Positions 20,245 through 29,590 of a stretch of 64,000 bases of DNA are shown in pieces (position 1 is the first letter of the stretch; every line of letters begins with the position of its first letter). The stretch is from an uncultured Planctomycetales bacterium. GTDB taxonomy: Bacteria > Omnitrophota > Gorgyraeia > Zapsychrales > Fredricksoniimonadaceae. Below the pieces are notes generated by a model, which did not search any database, was not told the origin of the DNA, and was given only the letters and a program-made list of their open reading frames with translations. The stretch covers positions 1-64,000 of the forward strand of contig CAYTIW010000007.1 in the NCBI GenBank assembly GCA_964438075.1, read 5' to 3'. Made by a program: the position numbers and the translations under genes.

Positions 20245-21744
20245 ATGAAGCTTAAGCGGTCGCGATTCGTCAGCATAGCCATAAGTGCGACTTCGGTAAA
20301 GGTCGCTCTGATCAAAAGTTCAGGTTCCGTCGAGAGACTGGTAATCCGTAATATCGACAAGGGCAGTCCCGACAGCGCGCTGCAATCTGCTCTCACCGGC
20401 CTGCCAGTGAAAGGCGCGGATATCCTTTGTGTGATCCCGGGTGAGGTGGCGACTACCAAGAACTTGGAGATCCCCTCAGTCGATCATGAAGAAATTGAAT
20501 CTATCCTGGCCCTGCAGGCCTCCCGGCATACTCCTTTCAACAAAGACGAGATATTGACCTCTTATATCAAACTCGGCAACCCGAGATCAAATTTTACCCG
20601 GGTATTAATGATCGTTGTCAAACGGGACACCGTGAAAGATAAACTGGCTATCATCAAGCGCGCCGGTCTCAATATCAGCACGGTCATGTTCGTGCCTGAG
20701 GGCGTTGCGCGTTTTTATGCCGCGGCTCTCAAGGTGAAGAAGAACGATCTGCCGCTTGCGATAGTCGATGTCGGACTGCAGAACACGAATTTCATGATCG
20801 AATCGCAATCCACGATCGTGATGTCACGCAATATACCCATTGGCATTCAGCAATTTGGCACCGACACTGAAGCGTCCAACTTTCTGGTCAAAGAGATCAA
20901 GGCCTCCATGGATACTTATGAACAGGAGTCCGTCGACCGCAAGCCGGGACGTTTTATCCTTACTTCTAAACATGTGGCCTTGTCCGGGTTGGAGACGCAC
21001 ATCGCGGCCATTATGCCCGGCGCCCGTTGCGAAATCGTACCCTACCAGAATTTAGTGAAGTCAGGCAAGGAGGTTAAAGAAGTACTGGCGAAGAGTTTTT
21101 CCGATGATTCCGCGCTGGACGTCATCGCTCCGGCGGTGGTGGCGGCGAAATGTCAGGCCGAACTGGTCCCGCAGGATATCAAGGACCAGCGGGCGATCGT
21201 TGAAAAGGGACGGGCGACCTATATAGCGGGTGTGCTGATCACGCTTTTGTTGCTTTCGGTAGGAGGGGCTGTGATGAGCAAACTTTATTACAAGGATACT
21301 TTCCTGAAAAGGAACCTGATCGCCAAGTACGCCTCCCAAAAGCAGGAAGTCAAGGACATCGAGACTTTGATGCGCAAGACCAAGATCCTGCGTGAATATA
21401 TGCAGACCCGCGACATAGCGCTGGAATCTATCCGTGAACTCTATCGGCTCACTCCACCGGAGATCTATTTCAATAACATCAGCCTGGATGAGGCTGACGG
21501 CAGTGTTTCGATCCAGGGGATAGCCGATGACATGTCGAACGTGTTTTCCTTCGTGCCCGCACTTGAGGCGTCCGCATTGTTCGAGGGAGTTAAGACCAAG
21601 TCCACTTCGACGAAGAAAGACCGTGAAAAGACCGTGGCGGCATTCGAGATCGTGATGCAGTTGAGCAACCCCGACGGCAGAACAAAAGCCAAGCCGGTGA
21701 GTGAGGCGTCGGCTTCACCGGCGAAAACTGAGAAGGCAAAATAA
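20245..21744 (+). CDS. PilM-like actin-fold domain fused to a TM plus PilN-like periplasmic domain (functional GspL analog)
   Basis: Start taken at MKLKRSRFVSIAIS (GGAGA upstream). The N-terminal ~330 aa are PilM-like, there is a single TM (YIAGVLITLLLLSVGGAVM), and a PilN/GspL-like C-terminal region follows. Confidence 0.65.
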   Translation: MKLKRSRFVSIAISATSVKVALIKSSGSVERLVIRNIDKGSPDSALQSALTGLPVKGADILCVIPGEVATTKNLEIPSVDHEEIESILALQASRHTPFNKDEILTSYIKLGNPRSNFTRVLMIVVKRDTVKDKLAIIKRAGLNISTVMFVPEGVARFYAAALKVKKNDLPLAIVDVGLQNTNFMIESQSTIVMSRNIPIGIQQFGTDTEASNFLVKEIKASMDTYEQESVDRKPGRFILTSKHVALSGLETHIAAIMPGARCEIVPYQNLVKSGKEVKEVLAKSFSDDSALDVIAPAVVAAKCQAELVPQDIKDQRAIVEKGRATYIAGVLITLLLLSVGGAVMSKLYYKDTFLKRNLIAKYASQKQEVKDIETLMRKTKILREYMQTRDIALESIRELYRLTPPEIYFNNISLDEADGSVSIQGIADDMSNVFSFVPALEASALFEGVKTKSTSTKKDREKTVAAFEIVMQLSNPDGRTKAKPVSEASASPAKTEKAK

Positions 21745-21755
21745 GGAGTCCCGCC

Positions 21756-22391
21756 TTGATCAATAATTTTATATCCGGACTGAAACCGGGCCAAAGGAAG
21801 GTGCTGGCGGTCCTGGCCGTTGTGCTCATATTGGGCCTGTTCGGGGGCATATTCCTTTATCCGGCTTGGAAAAGTTCGAACAAGATCGACGAATTGATCG
21901 CCAAGGAAAAGGAGACCGTCCGTAAGAACGCCCTTTTCTTGGCGAAACGCGAAAAAGCCGTGAAGGAAGCCGCGGTGTTCAAGGATTATTTCACTAAAGA
22001 TGTGCGGAGTGAAGAGGAGGTGATCGCGGACCTTCTCAAGAGGCTTTTGCAGCTGGCCAATAATTCCGGGGTGCAGGTATCTAAACTTTCCACGCCTGTG
22101 CAGGAAATGCAAAAGGATTATCTATTGTATGTGGTTTCGGCAGACTGTACGGGCACATTAGAAAACCTGACCAATTTTATCTTCGCGATAAACAACTCCC
22201 CGGAATTGATCAAGGTCTCCAAGATGCACCTGGGGAGCAGTGCGAATGCCAAGAATGCCGGAACCATACAGGCCAGTCTGACCATATCCAAGATGATCAT
22301 CGGTGCCGATCCATCCGTCGAGGCAAAGAAACTTGTACGTGTCCAGGAAAAGAAAGAAGCGGCGAAGCCCGCTGCCACATCCAAGGAATAG
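21756..22391 (+). CDS. PilO/GspM-like bitopic assembly protein
   Basis: TTG start with AAGGAG 8 nt upstream. N-terminal TM (VLAVLAVVLILGLFGGIFLY), a coiled-coil segment, then a ~90-aa globular domain. The assignment rests on architecture and position only. Confidence 0.5.
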   Translation: MINNFISGLKPGQRKVLAVLAVVLILGLFGGIFLYPAWKSSNKIDELIAKEKETVRKNALFLAKREKAVKEAAVFKDYFTKDVRSEEEVIADLLKRLLQLANNSGVQVSKLSTPVQEMQKDYLLYVVSADCTGTLENLTNFIFAINNSPELIKVSKMHLGSSANAKNAGTIQASLTISKMIIGADPSVEAKKLVRVQEKKEAAKPAATSKE

Positions 22392-22425
22392 TCTTTTAGC
22401 CGCCGGCGTTTCGCCTGTCCCCATT

Positions 22426-23232
22426 ATGTCTCCACCATCCCGGATATTAATTAAGAAATCATTCCTTGTCCGCCTGATCTTCCTCCTGGTCTATTTCTGG
22501 TCCTTGCCTTGCCCGGCGGTGGAGGTCACGAAGGAGAATCTATTCCAGCTGGCCACTTTGGCTCTCAAGGATGGGGAATATGAGCATGCGGTGGAGTTCT
22601 TCAAAAAAGCCATCGAGTTAGATCCTAAATTCATCCCGGCCTACAACAGCCTCGGCATAATTTATGAGACCTCTGGTTTAAAGGACCTTAAAGAGGCGAT
22701 CCGTTATTTCAAACTGGCCACGGAGATATCCCCGTCGTCTCAGGAGAGCTGGAACAATCTGGGCCGCGCCTATTACAGCAAAGGCGAGTTCACCCAGGCG
22801 GAAAGGGCCCTTTTGCGTTCATTGGAGCTCGATCCGGCCCAGCCGGAGGTGGAGGTCTCGTTGGGATGGATCTATCTGCTGGGCCAGTCGCGAGGTGCCG
22901 AGGCTATCAGTCATTTTGAAAAAGGCGGGGCGTATAAGGATAACCCCATGGTCTATTACGGCATGGGGCTGTCCTACCTCATCAAGGGTGAGCGTTTCAA
23001 GGTGCTTGATTCCATTACTGAGCTGCGCAAGAGAAAGAGGGAAGACCTCGCGCTCAGGCTGGAGGATATGGTAAAGAACAAGATAAAGCTGTCCTCGCAG
23101 GAGGGTACTCCGTTGATCACGGGCCTGGGGGCTGAACACTCGGCACTGAAAGAGGAACTCAAGGCGATGGGGAGATCTGATGGAGATACCGACGGAATAA
23201 AGGTGCGGTTGCGGGGGCCGATCCGGTATTGA
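22426..23232 (+). CDS. Secreted TPR-repeat protein
   Basis: Start taken at MSPPSRILIKK with hydrophobic signal LIFLLVYFWSLPCPA. Several TPR units are present (YEHAVEFFKKAIELDPKF, AYNSLGIIY, SWNNLGRAYYSKGEFTQAERALLRSLELDP). The ORF-track start at 22303 would overlap the upstream gene. Confidence 0.7.
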   Translation: MSPPSRILIKKSFLVRLIFLLVYFWSLPCPAVEVTKENLFQLATLALKDGEYEHAVEFFKKAIELDPKFIPAYNSLGIIYETSGLKDLKEAIRYFKLATEISPSSQESWNNLGRAYYSKGEFTQAERALLRSLELDPAQPEVEVSLGWIYLLGQSRGAEAISHFEKGGAYKDNPMVYYGMGLSYLIKGERFKVLDSITELRKRKREDLALRLEDMVKNKIKLSSQEGTPLITGLGAEHSALKEELKAMGRSDGDTDGIKVRLRGPIRY

Positions 23233-23287
23233 TCAGAAAGCAAGGGCTTTAACTCAATGGCAACTTCGGGTATCGAGAAGTAAGGGC

Positions 23288-24949
23288 ATGGGACAGCTGG
23301 TTAACAGGATCAATAAATATTTCCTTGACCGGGCAGAGTTGTGGATACTGGGCCTGGGCATTTTGCTGCGATTGAAGCATTACCTCGAGAACCGTTCTTT
23401 GTGGCTGGATGAAGCTTGCGCGGCTGTCAGCGTGGCCAGCCGCAGCTATAACGAGATATTGAGCCATTATGAGGTCATGCCGGAGTTCGCGCACCCTCCG
23501 ATGGTCTTCATGCTGATAGAGCGTTCACTGGTAGACCTCTTCGGCAATAACGAGATGTCATTGCGGTTGTTCCCGTTGCTTTGCGGGATCGCCGCCCTGT
23601 TGCTCTTTTTCCTGCTGACCCGCAGCATCCTTCCGCGGGGGGCGTTCCTGCTGGCACTGGCTCTCTTCGCCGTGATCGACCCCTTGGTCTATTATTCCGC
23701 CGAGCTTAAGCAGTATTCTACCGACCTGGCGGTCATGATAGCTCTTTTGTTCTATAGCGAGGAATTCATCAAGGAGAAATGCTGCTGGATAAAGGCCGGT
23801 GTCCTGGCATTGCTGGGAGCGGCGGTATTATGGCTTTCCAACGCCATGGTCTTTATGCTGGCATCCATGGCCGCGGTATTTCTCTGGAGGGCGGTCAGGC
23901 GCAGGGATTGGGCCGAACTTTTACGTCTGGGGAGCGCCTTTTTTGTGTGGGCGGCCAGTTTCGCGGCGGTTTATCATTTGTCCTTGGGCCATATGGTCGG
24001 GAATGATAAACTTAAGGCTACTTGGGAAGGAGCCCTTTTCAAGGGAAGTCTTTTTTCCGGCGACGCCTTGGCCTGGCTCTGGCAGGTGGTGAGCGAAAGT
24101 TTCCGCAATCCCTTGGGGCTGGCCTGGCCCTTGGCTGGGGCCGTTCTCTTTGTGGTCGGTGTGCTCAGCCTGGTCCGGAACAACTCTGCACGTGCGGCGC
24201 TGCTGGCGTTGCCTATATTTTTTGCTTTGGTGGCCGGCTGGCTAGGCAAGTATCCTTTTCGAGGCCGGGTGCTGCTTTTTTTGGTGCCCTGTTATCTGGT
24301 GCCTATCGCGGCTGGCGTTGAGGCCATAGCGGCAAAGATCGGGAATAAACGCTCCCATCGCGCCGTATGGGCGATATTGGCCATAGCGCTTCTGGCGTAT
24401 CCTCTTCAGGTCGCGGCGCGGAACTTCATTCAGGGCCGCGAATGGGTGGAGAACCGCCCGGCAATGGAGTTCTTTCGGGACCATTATGAGCCGGGGGATT
24501 TCGTGGTGATGAACACCTCGGCCCAGCCGCCGTTCTGGTATTATGTCGGCAGCCTGGGTATCGGGGTCGAACTGCGGCGTGAACCCATCGGCCGGTTGGA
24601 TGGCAAGACGGTGGAAGGGATGCGGGTCGCCAAGTTCGCCCGGGACATGGTAGCCACCAAGGACGGCCACCGTTTGGTAGCTTTCAGGTATGAGTACCAC
24701 ATTTTTAATGAGAAAGGCCTTTTCCGCCAGATGGTGCTCCGTAATGCCCGGGAGGCGTATTTCGTCCGCGACGACAGGGCAGTGGAGGGCCTTCCTGCCG
24801 GGAGGGTCTGGCTGGTGCTGTCCCAAGCCCCGGAGGATGACGACCGCGAGATCAACGGCATCATCCGGGATGCGTTTGACCGGCGGGCGAAAAGGCTGCT
24901 GAGCTGCGAACGTATGAATGCAGCTGTGTACTTATATGACATGCAATAG
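23288..24949 (+). CDS. GT-C fold membrane glycosyltransferase (GT39/ArnT/PMT-like)
   Basis: About 11 predicted TM segments in the N-terminal two thirds, an acidic first-loop motif LWLDEA, and a soluble C-terminal domain. It sits directly upstream of a polyprenol-phosphate GT2. Confidence 0.6.
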   Translation: MGQLVNRINKYFLDRAELWILGLGILLRLKHYLENRSLWLDEACAAVSVASRSYNEILSHYEVMPEFAHPPMVFMLIERSLVDLFGNNEMSLRLFPLLCGIAALLLFFLLTRSILPRGAFLLALALFAVIDPLVYYSAELKQYSTDLAVMIALLFYSEEFIKEKCCWIKAGVLALLGAAVLWLSNAMVFMLASMAAVFLWRAVRRRDWAELLRLGSAFFVWAASFAAVYHLSLGHMVGNDKLKATWEGALFKGSLFSGDALAWLWQVVSESFRNPLGLAWPLAGAVLFVVGVLSLVRNNSARAALLALPIFFALVAGWLGKYPFRGRVLLFLVPCYLVPIAAGVEAIAAKIGNKRSHRAVWAILAIALLAYPLQVAARNFIQGREWVENRPAMEFFRDHYEPGDFVVMNTSAQPPFWYYVGSLGIGVELRREPIGRLDGKTVEGMRVAKFARDMVATKDGHRLVAFRYEYHIFNEKGLFRQMVLRNAREAYFVRDDRAVEGLPAGRVWLVLSQAPEDDDREINGIIRDAFDRRAKRLLSCERMNAAVYLYDMQ

Positions 24950-24960
24950 GAAGAAATGAT

Positions 24961-25767
24961 ATGGCTATTGAAGTAGCGGTGATCATCCCGAGCTATAATG
25001 AACGTCCCAACGTCAAACCCATGCTGGAAAAACTAAGGGTTGCGCTCAATGGTATAGAGTGGGAAGTGATATATGTTGACGATAATTCTCCCGACGGCAC
25101 AGCTGAATGCGTATGGGAAGAGTCGCGCCTCGACCCAAGGGTCCGCTGCCTCAAGCGTATCGGCCGGCGCGGCCTGTCTTCCGCCTGCATCGAGGGCATG
25201 CTGTCCACTGCGGCGCCGTTCATGGCGGTGATGGATGGCGACCTTCAGCATGATGAAACTATCCTGCCCGATATGCTGGGGGCCCTCAGGACGGGAAAAG
25301 TGGATGTCATCGTCGGGAGCCGTTATGTGGCTGGGGGGGGCATAGAGGATTGGGCATTGCATCGCCAAGCGGCCAGCCGGTGGGCCACGCGTTTCGCCCA
25401 GTCAGTGGCCGGCATCCAGCTGCAGGACCCGATGAGCGGTTTTTTCATGCTGCGGAGGGATTTCTTCCAGAAATGCGTCGGTCAAATAAGCGGCAAAGGA
25501 TTCAAGATACTGTTGGATATCCTGATGTCTTCGCGGGAAAAGGTGAATGTGATAGAGATACCTTACAAGTTCCGGATGCGCCAGCACGGTAAAAGCAAGC
25601 TGACGCCGAAGGTCATCCTGGACTATTTCTACCTGGTGTTCTACAAGATCTGCCAACGCAATCCTTGGTTGCTCTGGTTACTGGTTTCCACTGTGATATT
25701 GCTGATGCTGGCGCTAGGGGCGCGCATGCACCTTTCCACCCCGATGGTAAAGACGACCTGGTGGTAA
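24961..25767 (+). CDS. GT2 polyprenol-phosphate mannosyl/glycosyl transferase (Dpm1/Ppm1/ArnC-like)
   Basis: VIIPSYNERPNV, YVDDNSPDGT, MDGDLQHD (DxD), and a C-terminal TM. Confidence 0.82.
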   Translation: MAIEVAVIIPSYNERPNVKPMLEKLRVALNGIEWEVIYVDDNSPDGTAECVWEESRLDPRVRCLKRIGRRGLSSACIEGMLSTAAPFMAVMDGDLQHDETILPDMLGALRTGKVDVIVGSRYVAGGGIEDWALHRQAASRWATRFAQSVAGIQLQDPMSGFFMLRRDFFQKCVGQISGKGFKILLDILMSSREKVNVIEIPYKFRMRQHGKSKLTPKVILDYFYLVFYKICQRNPWLLWLLVSTVILLMLALGARMHLSTPMVKTTWW

Positions 25768-25810
25768 ATGTAGACTGATCCGAGTTGTCAGGTCTGGTTC
25801 TTATCAAAAT

Positions 25811-25846
25811 AAAAAAACCTTCTTCCGGAATGGAAGAAGGTTTTTT
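25811..25846. terminator. Bidirectional rho-independent terminator
   Basis: A perfect 9-bp stem CCTTCTTCC (25818-25826) / GGAAGAAGG (25832-25840) with a 5-nt loop, flanked by an A7 run on the left and a T6 run on the right. It lies between the GT2 gene (+) and tRNA-Ala (-). Confidence 0.8.
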
Positions 25847-25894
25847 GTTTTGATGAGGCCGGACCTTTCGGCACGATGTCCGGCATATAAAAAC

Positions 25895-25971
25895 TGGTGG
25901 ACCGGATGGGGGTCGAACCCACGACCTCCTCATTGCGAACGAGGCGCTCTCCCAAACTGAGCTACCGGCCC
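25895..25971 (-). tRNA. tRNA-Ala (anticodon CGC), CCA encoded
   Basis: The reverse complement GGGCCGGTAGCTCAGTTTGGGAGAGCGCCTCGTTCGCAATGAGGAGGTCGTGGGTTCGACCCCCATCCGGTCCACCA folds as a cloverleaf. It has the G3:U70 Ala identity pair, anticodon loop TTCGCAA, and a GTTCGA T-loop. Confidence 0.92.
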
Positions 25972-26086
25972 ATATAGTGTATAAATATGTTCGAGCTGAA
26001 AATTTGCTCGAGAGGGGATATAGTAACAAAAGCATGGTAAAAAAACAAGTGTCTATCCGCGAAAACAAGAGCCCGCTCCGGCAGTC

Positions 26087-28618
26087 TTAGAGATCCTTGG
26101 GCCAGGATACTTCGTAGAGGTAGACGCGCGTCCGACCCGTGAGGTCGCGTTCGAGAGCGAAAGGATGGAAATATTTCAGCCCTTTGCCTTCGAAATAATA
26201 CATTTTGACTACCAGCGAATTGGCCAGGACCCGGTCCATCAGGACGACTTTGGGAATGCCTTCGTCCTTATAAAACACCAGGGAGTATCCCAGGTTAGCC
26301 CCGGACAATTTTTTCTCTACCACCGCTTTCTGATCATCGTCCAGGTAGACCACGCTTTGCGGTATGCCGCGGCCGAACTTTGGCGAATCTATCGTGGCGG
26401 TCATATCGGCCGTGTTTACGACAATGCCGTTCTCAAATATTATTTTAGGCCCGTCGCTGGCCATCGCCCCGATGGACTGCGATTGTTTGAAAGGCCCGCC
26501 GACCAGGCTCCAGAGGAAATCGACAAAGCCGGGAGAGGATTTTCCCGGCACTTTACTCAGCGCTTCCGGGTCCCGGTTGAGCCTTTCGATCTTGGCGAAG
26601 TCCCATTTTCCCACATATCCCAGCAGCACGTTCCCTTCGACTATTTCATGGTAGATGAGAACGTAGGAAGGAGGTGGCACGACCGCGCTGCCGTGGGTCA
26701 GGCTCAAAAGATGCGTGACATTCTGTTGGGGAAGGACCTTCAGGAGCGCTCGTTCCGCCTCGGCTTTTTTTAACCTGGTGATCTCTAAGATCAGCGGTAC
26801 CGCCTTGGATAGCGGCAGGTCCAGGCTTTGCAGGTATTCGGCGGCGCGGTTAGAACTGGTATTCAGCATGCGCAGTATACCCAGGGCATCACGTTCGTTC
26901 TGCGCCAGGTATACCTTGGTCATCCAGAATCCCTGTTCGCCGCGTATAGAGGCGCCGTCAAAGGTTACACGCCGCCGGCTGACGGCCTTGACAAAATGGC
27001 CCGGCGACCACCAGGTATTGACGATACTGTCGGGAGGGGAGTAGTCGCGCAGGCGGGTCAGCGCACGATCCCAAGTGGAATTGAAAATGGGGTTCAACAG
27101 CGAGCGTATAGTGGTATGGCTGATGATGATCGGCAAAGCCACCGATACTATTATGAGCGTCCCGAGGATCTTTTCCAGCATCACGGCGGGTTTCTCTGAC
27201 AGTCTGAACAGACCCGATAGCGCATGGCGGCCTTGCCAAATTTGATCCAACCCCAGAGCGAACAGGAGCGCGACGGGGGTGACGCTCAGCATGGCGAAAC
27301 GCTGGGCGCTCAGGCTGAGCACCAGGGTGCTGGCAAGGAAAATGGCCAGAGTGATCATTTCATCAGAAGGCGCTTTGCGTTTGAGCAGGGACATGACACC
27401 GAACCAGACCAGGGTGGCAATTGCCCCGAAGAATGGCACGGGCCCGCCGTTGAACTCCACGATCTCTTTCAGCGTGGCACGTTTCAGTTCTCCCACGACT
27501 ATGAAGAGGTCCGGCCAGTCCTTGAGCCTGGGGGCGGTGAATTTTTGCAGTTCTCCCCAGGCCGCGGTCATAGTCTCGAAGAACTGCGGCAGGCCGATCA
27601 TCATAGTGACGGCCAGCACAGGCACGGCGATGAACAGGGCCAACAAAAACCCTATACGCGGCAGGCGCTGCTCTTTCAGCAGCCAGGCCTTGCCGGCGAT
27701 GAGAACGACCGAGAAGACGGTCAGCGCCCAAAGATATCCCCAGCCCGGCCAGAAACGGGAATACAAGGCCGCTGTTAACGCCGAGAGAACGGAGAACAGG
27801 AGCAGTCGCCGCTTCTCGCTGGTGTTTTTAAGCGCCAGGAAGAAGAATGCCAGGCCAAGGAGCGGGAAAAGCACGGTATAGGTGTCGTTGTCGTACCAGG
27901 CATAGGTGCTGCGTTTAAGATATATCTGGGAAAGGACAAAAAAGACGCCAGCCGTGAAAGAGGAAAGCGGCGAACAGCCCATAGCATGGCAGGCCAGCAG
28001 GAATGCGGCTACCACCAGCGGCAAAAGGAAGATAGGGGTCCAGGCCACCCCGGACATAAGGTCGGTATCCGGAGCCAAGGCCCGTACGGTCCGGTATACC
28101 CAGGCTCCGACGTAAGGATGCCAGAGCTGGGGTTCCCAGAATCCCAGGGGAGCCAGCATCAGGTTGTTGAAATAGCGGCTGCCCTTAACCTGAGGGCTTA
28201 CGTCGCCTTCTTTCAGGATGTTCTCTGTTAAGTTCAGGAAATAATAGGAGTCTGACTCCTGCAGATAGCGTTTCTGGTTACCGGACCGCTGCGAGAGCTC
28301 ATATCCCAGCTCATCGAAAGCCTTGCGGAGTTTGGCATTATCCTTGCGTATTATCTCGTTGACCTTGGCGGATAAAAGGAGTGTCTTCTTGGCCGGAGGC
28401 AGCTCAGGGTACTGGGCATTGATTTGGGCGGCTATCTTGCTTCGCAAGTGGTTTATGACCAGGAGAGTGGCCTGTTCGTAGGCGTCCGAGGCAACATTGT
28501 GATATAGGGGATACAGGCGTACCTGTATCCCGATCATGCATATTGCCAAACCTATTAAGAGCCAGGTGATAAGTTTTCGCAGGGGATATCCGTTGGGCAT
28601 GGGGTCTGTTTGATTCAA
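26087..28618 (-). CDS. STT3/AglB/PglB-family oligosaccharyltransferase-like membrane protein (variant WWSPG motif)
   Basis: 843 aa with a multi-TM N-terminal half. There is an acidic motif in the long first external loop (LQESDSYYF). IVNTWWSPGHFVKAVSRRRVTFDGAS aligns to the WWDYG region of OSTs (..TWWDYGY.....S.....VDG..). A soluble C-terminal domain follows. Confidence 0.55.
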   Translation of the reverse strand: MNQTDPMPNGYPLRKLITWLLIGLAICMIGIQVRLYPLYHNVASDAYEQATLLVINHLRSKIAAQINAQYPELPPAKKTLLLSAKVNEIIRKDNAKLRKAFDELGYELSQRSGNQKRYLQESDSYYFLNLTENILKEGDVSPQVKGSRYFNNLMLAPLGFWEPQLWHPYVGAWVYRTVRALAPDTDLMSGVAWTPIFLLPLVVAAFLLACHAMGCSPLSSFTAGVFFVLSQIYLKRSTYAWYDNDTYTVLFPLLGLAFFFLALKNTSEKRRLLLFSVLSALTAALYSRFWPGWGYLWALTVFSVVLIAGKAWLLKEQRLPRIGFLLALFIAVPVLAVTMMIGLPQFFETMTAAWGELQKFTAPRLKDWPDLFIVVGELKRATLKEIVEFNGGPVPFFGAIATLVWFGVMSLLKRKAPSDEMITLAIFLASTLVLSLSAQRFAMLSVTPVALLFALGLDQIWQGRHALSGLFRLSEKPAVMLEKILGTLIIVSVALPIIISHTTIRSLLNPIFNSTWDRALTRLRDYSPPDSIVNTWWSPGHFVKAVSRRRVTFDGASIRGEQGFWMTKVYLAQNERDALGILRMLNTSSNRAAEYLQSLDLPLSKAVPLILEITRLKKAEAERALLKVLPQQNVTHLLSLTHGSAVVPPPSYVLIYHEIVEGNVLLGYVGKWDFAKIERLNRDPEALSKVPGKSSPGFVDFLWSLVGGPFKQSQSIGAMASDGPKIIFENGIVVNTADMTATIDSPKFGRGIPQSVVYLDDDQKAVVEKKLSGANLGYSLVFYKDEGIPKVVLMDRVLANSLVVKMYYFEGKGLKYFHPFALERDLTGRTRVYLYEVSWPKDL

Positions 28619-28636
28619 TTTTTGGTTTCAGTTACT

Positions 28637-29380
28637 TTACTTTTTTTTGCCTGGCTTATCAAGGCTAATATCAGCAAAGTGGATCTTGTCGGCCGGGACC
28701 GCGAAGAGTTCCCGCTCCGCCGAAAGCCGTTTGGAACTGATGAGCCCGATGAGGCGGCCGGCACGATCGAAGACCGGTCCGCCGCTGTCACCGGAATAGT
28801 GGTTGATGTTCAGGCGCAACAGTTCGACTTTAAGGCCCCGTTCAGTCCGTCGGGTGGCAAGCCCGGATATTATACCGCCGGATATGGTGCCCCTTAAGAG
28901 GTCTGAATGACCAATAGTGGTGATCTTTTCCCCCAGAACGGTCTGGTTCGGTTCAGCGAATTCGACCGCTTTAAGCGGGCGGTCTGTTCTGATCTGGAGA
29001 ATGGAAAAATCGTCTTCTCTGGATATAAAGAGTATGCGGGCCGGGATCTCTTTACCGTCTCGGAAGGTCACTAGGATCTCCTGTGATCCGAATATGATAT
29101 GGGTGTTGGTGACGATATGGCCGTCGGAGGATATTATCACCCCGGCACCTTTTTTTTCCTGGAATTGCAGCCTCCTCGCGGTCATTGCCATCAGGCCTCC
29201 GGTCCGGGGATCTACCGTGACCCGGGCATCCGGGACAGAGGCCATCTGGTAGGTCTTGCCGGTGACGGTCACGACAGAATCGTACTTGTTCTGCAGCAGC
29301 TCAATGGCATTCATTTCGGCCGCCGGAGATGGTCCCGCAGCCAGGAATGTGAGGAGGGCCAGGAAGAAAGCGATAGGCAT
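28637..29380 (-). CDS. Secreted trypsin-like serine protease (S1 family, no PDZ domain)
   Basis: Signal peptide; catalytic His in HIVTNTH, Asp in EDDFSIL, Ser in GDSGGPVFD. Confidence 0.8.
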   Translation of the reverse strand: MPIAFFLALLTFLAAGPSPAAEMNAIELLQNKYDSVVTVTGKTYQMASVPDARVTVDPRTGGLMAMTARRLQFQEKKGAGVIISSDGHIVTNTHIIFGSQEILVTFRDGKEIPARILFISREDDFSILQIRTDRPLKAVEFAEPNQTVLGEKITTIGHSDLLRGTISGGIISGLATRRTERGLKVELLRLNINHYSGDSGGPVFDRAGRLIGLISSKRLSAERELFAVPADKIHFADISLDKPGKKK

Positions 29381-29590
29381 GAGCGTATTTTAAGCCGGAC
29401 TTTTCGGTCAGGCAAATGGTTTGGCAACTGTGTCGGTTGGAGCGCCTACAATATGTTGTACATAATTATTATTTACATCAGGCAGCAGTTAAGGTATCGT
29501 TGAAATAAAAACTTATAGGAATAAGTGGAAAAAGGGCAAGATACTGGCTGATATTGTTGGCGCTTCAACCATCAAAGGACGGAGGTTAAT

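Noticed and set aside
22303-22425. Upstream start of the TPR protein ORF, overlapping the PilO-like gene by about 90 nt
   Set aside because: The extension is an Arg/Pro-rich out-of-frame read-through of the previous gene. The ATG at 22426 yields a normal signal peptide.
25613-26068. 151-aa minus-strand ORF
   Set aside because: It spans the tRNA-Ala gene and the bidirectional terminator, and its translation has no recognisable features. It is a spurious ORF in a non-coding region.
25768-26086. tRNA-Ala as a possible integration site of a mobile element
   Set aside because: There is no integrase, no direct repeat of the tRNA 3' end, and no phage or transposon genes on either side within the window.
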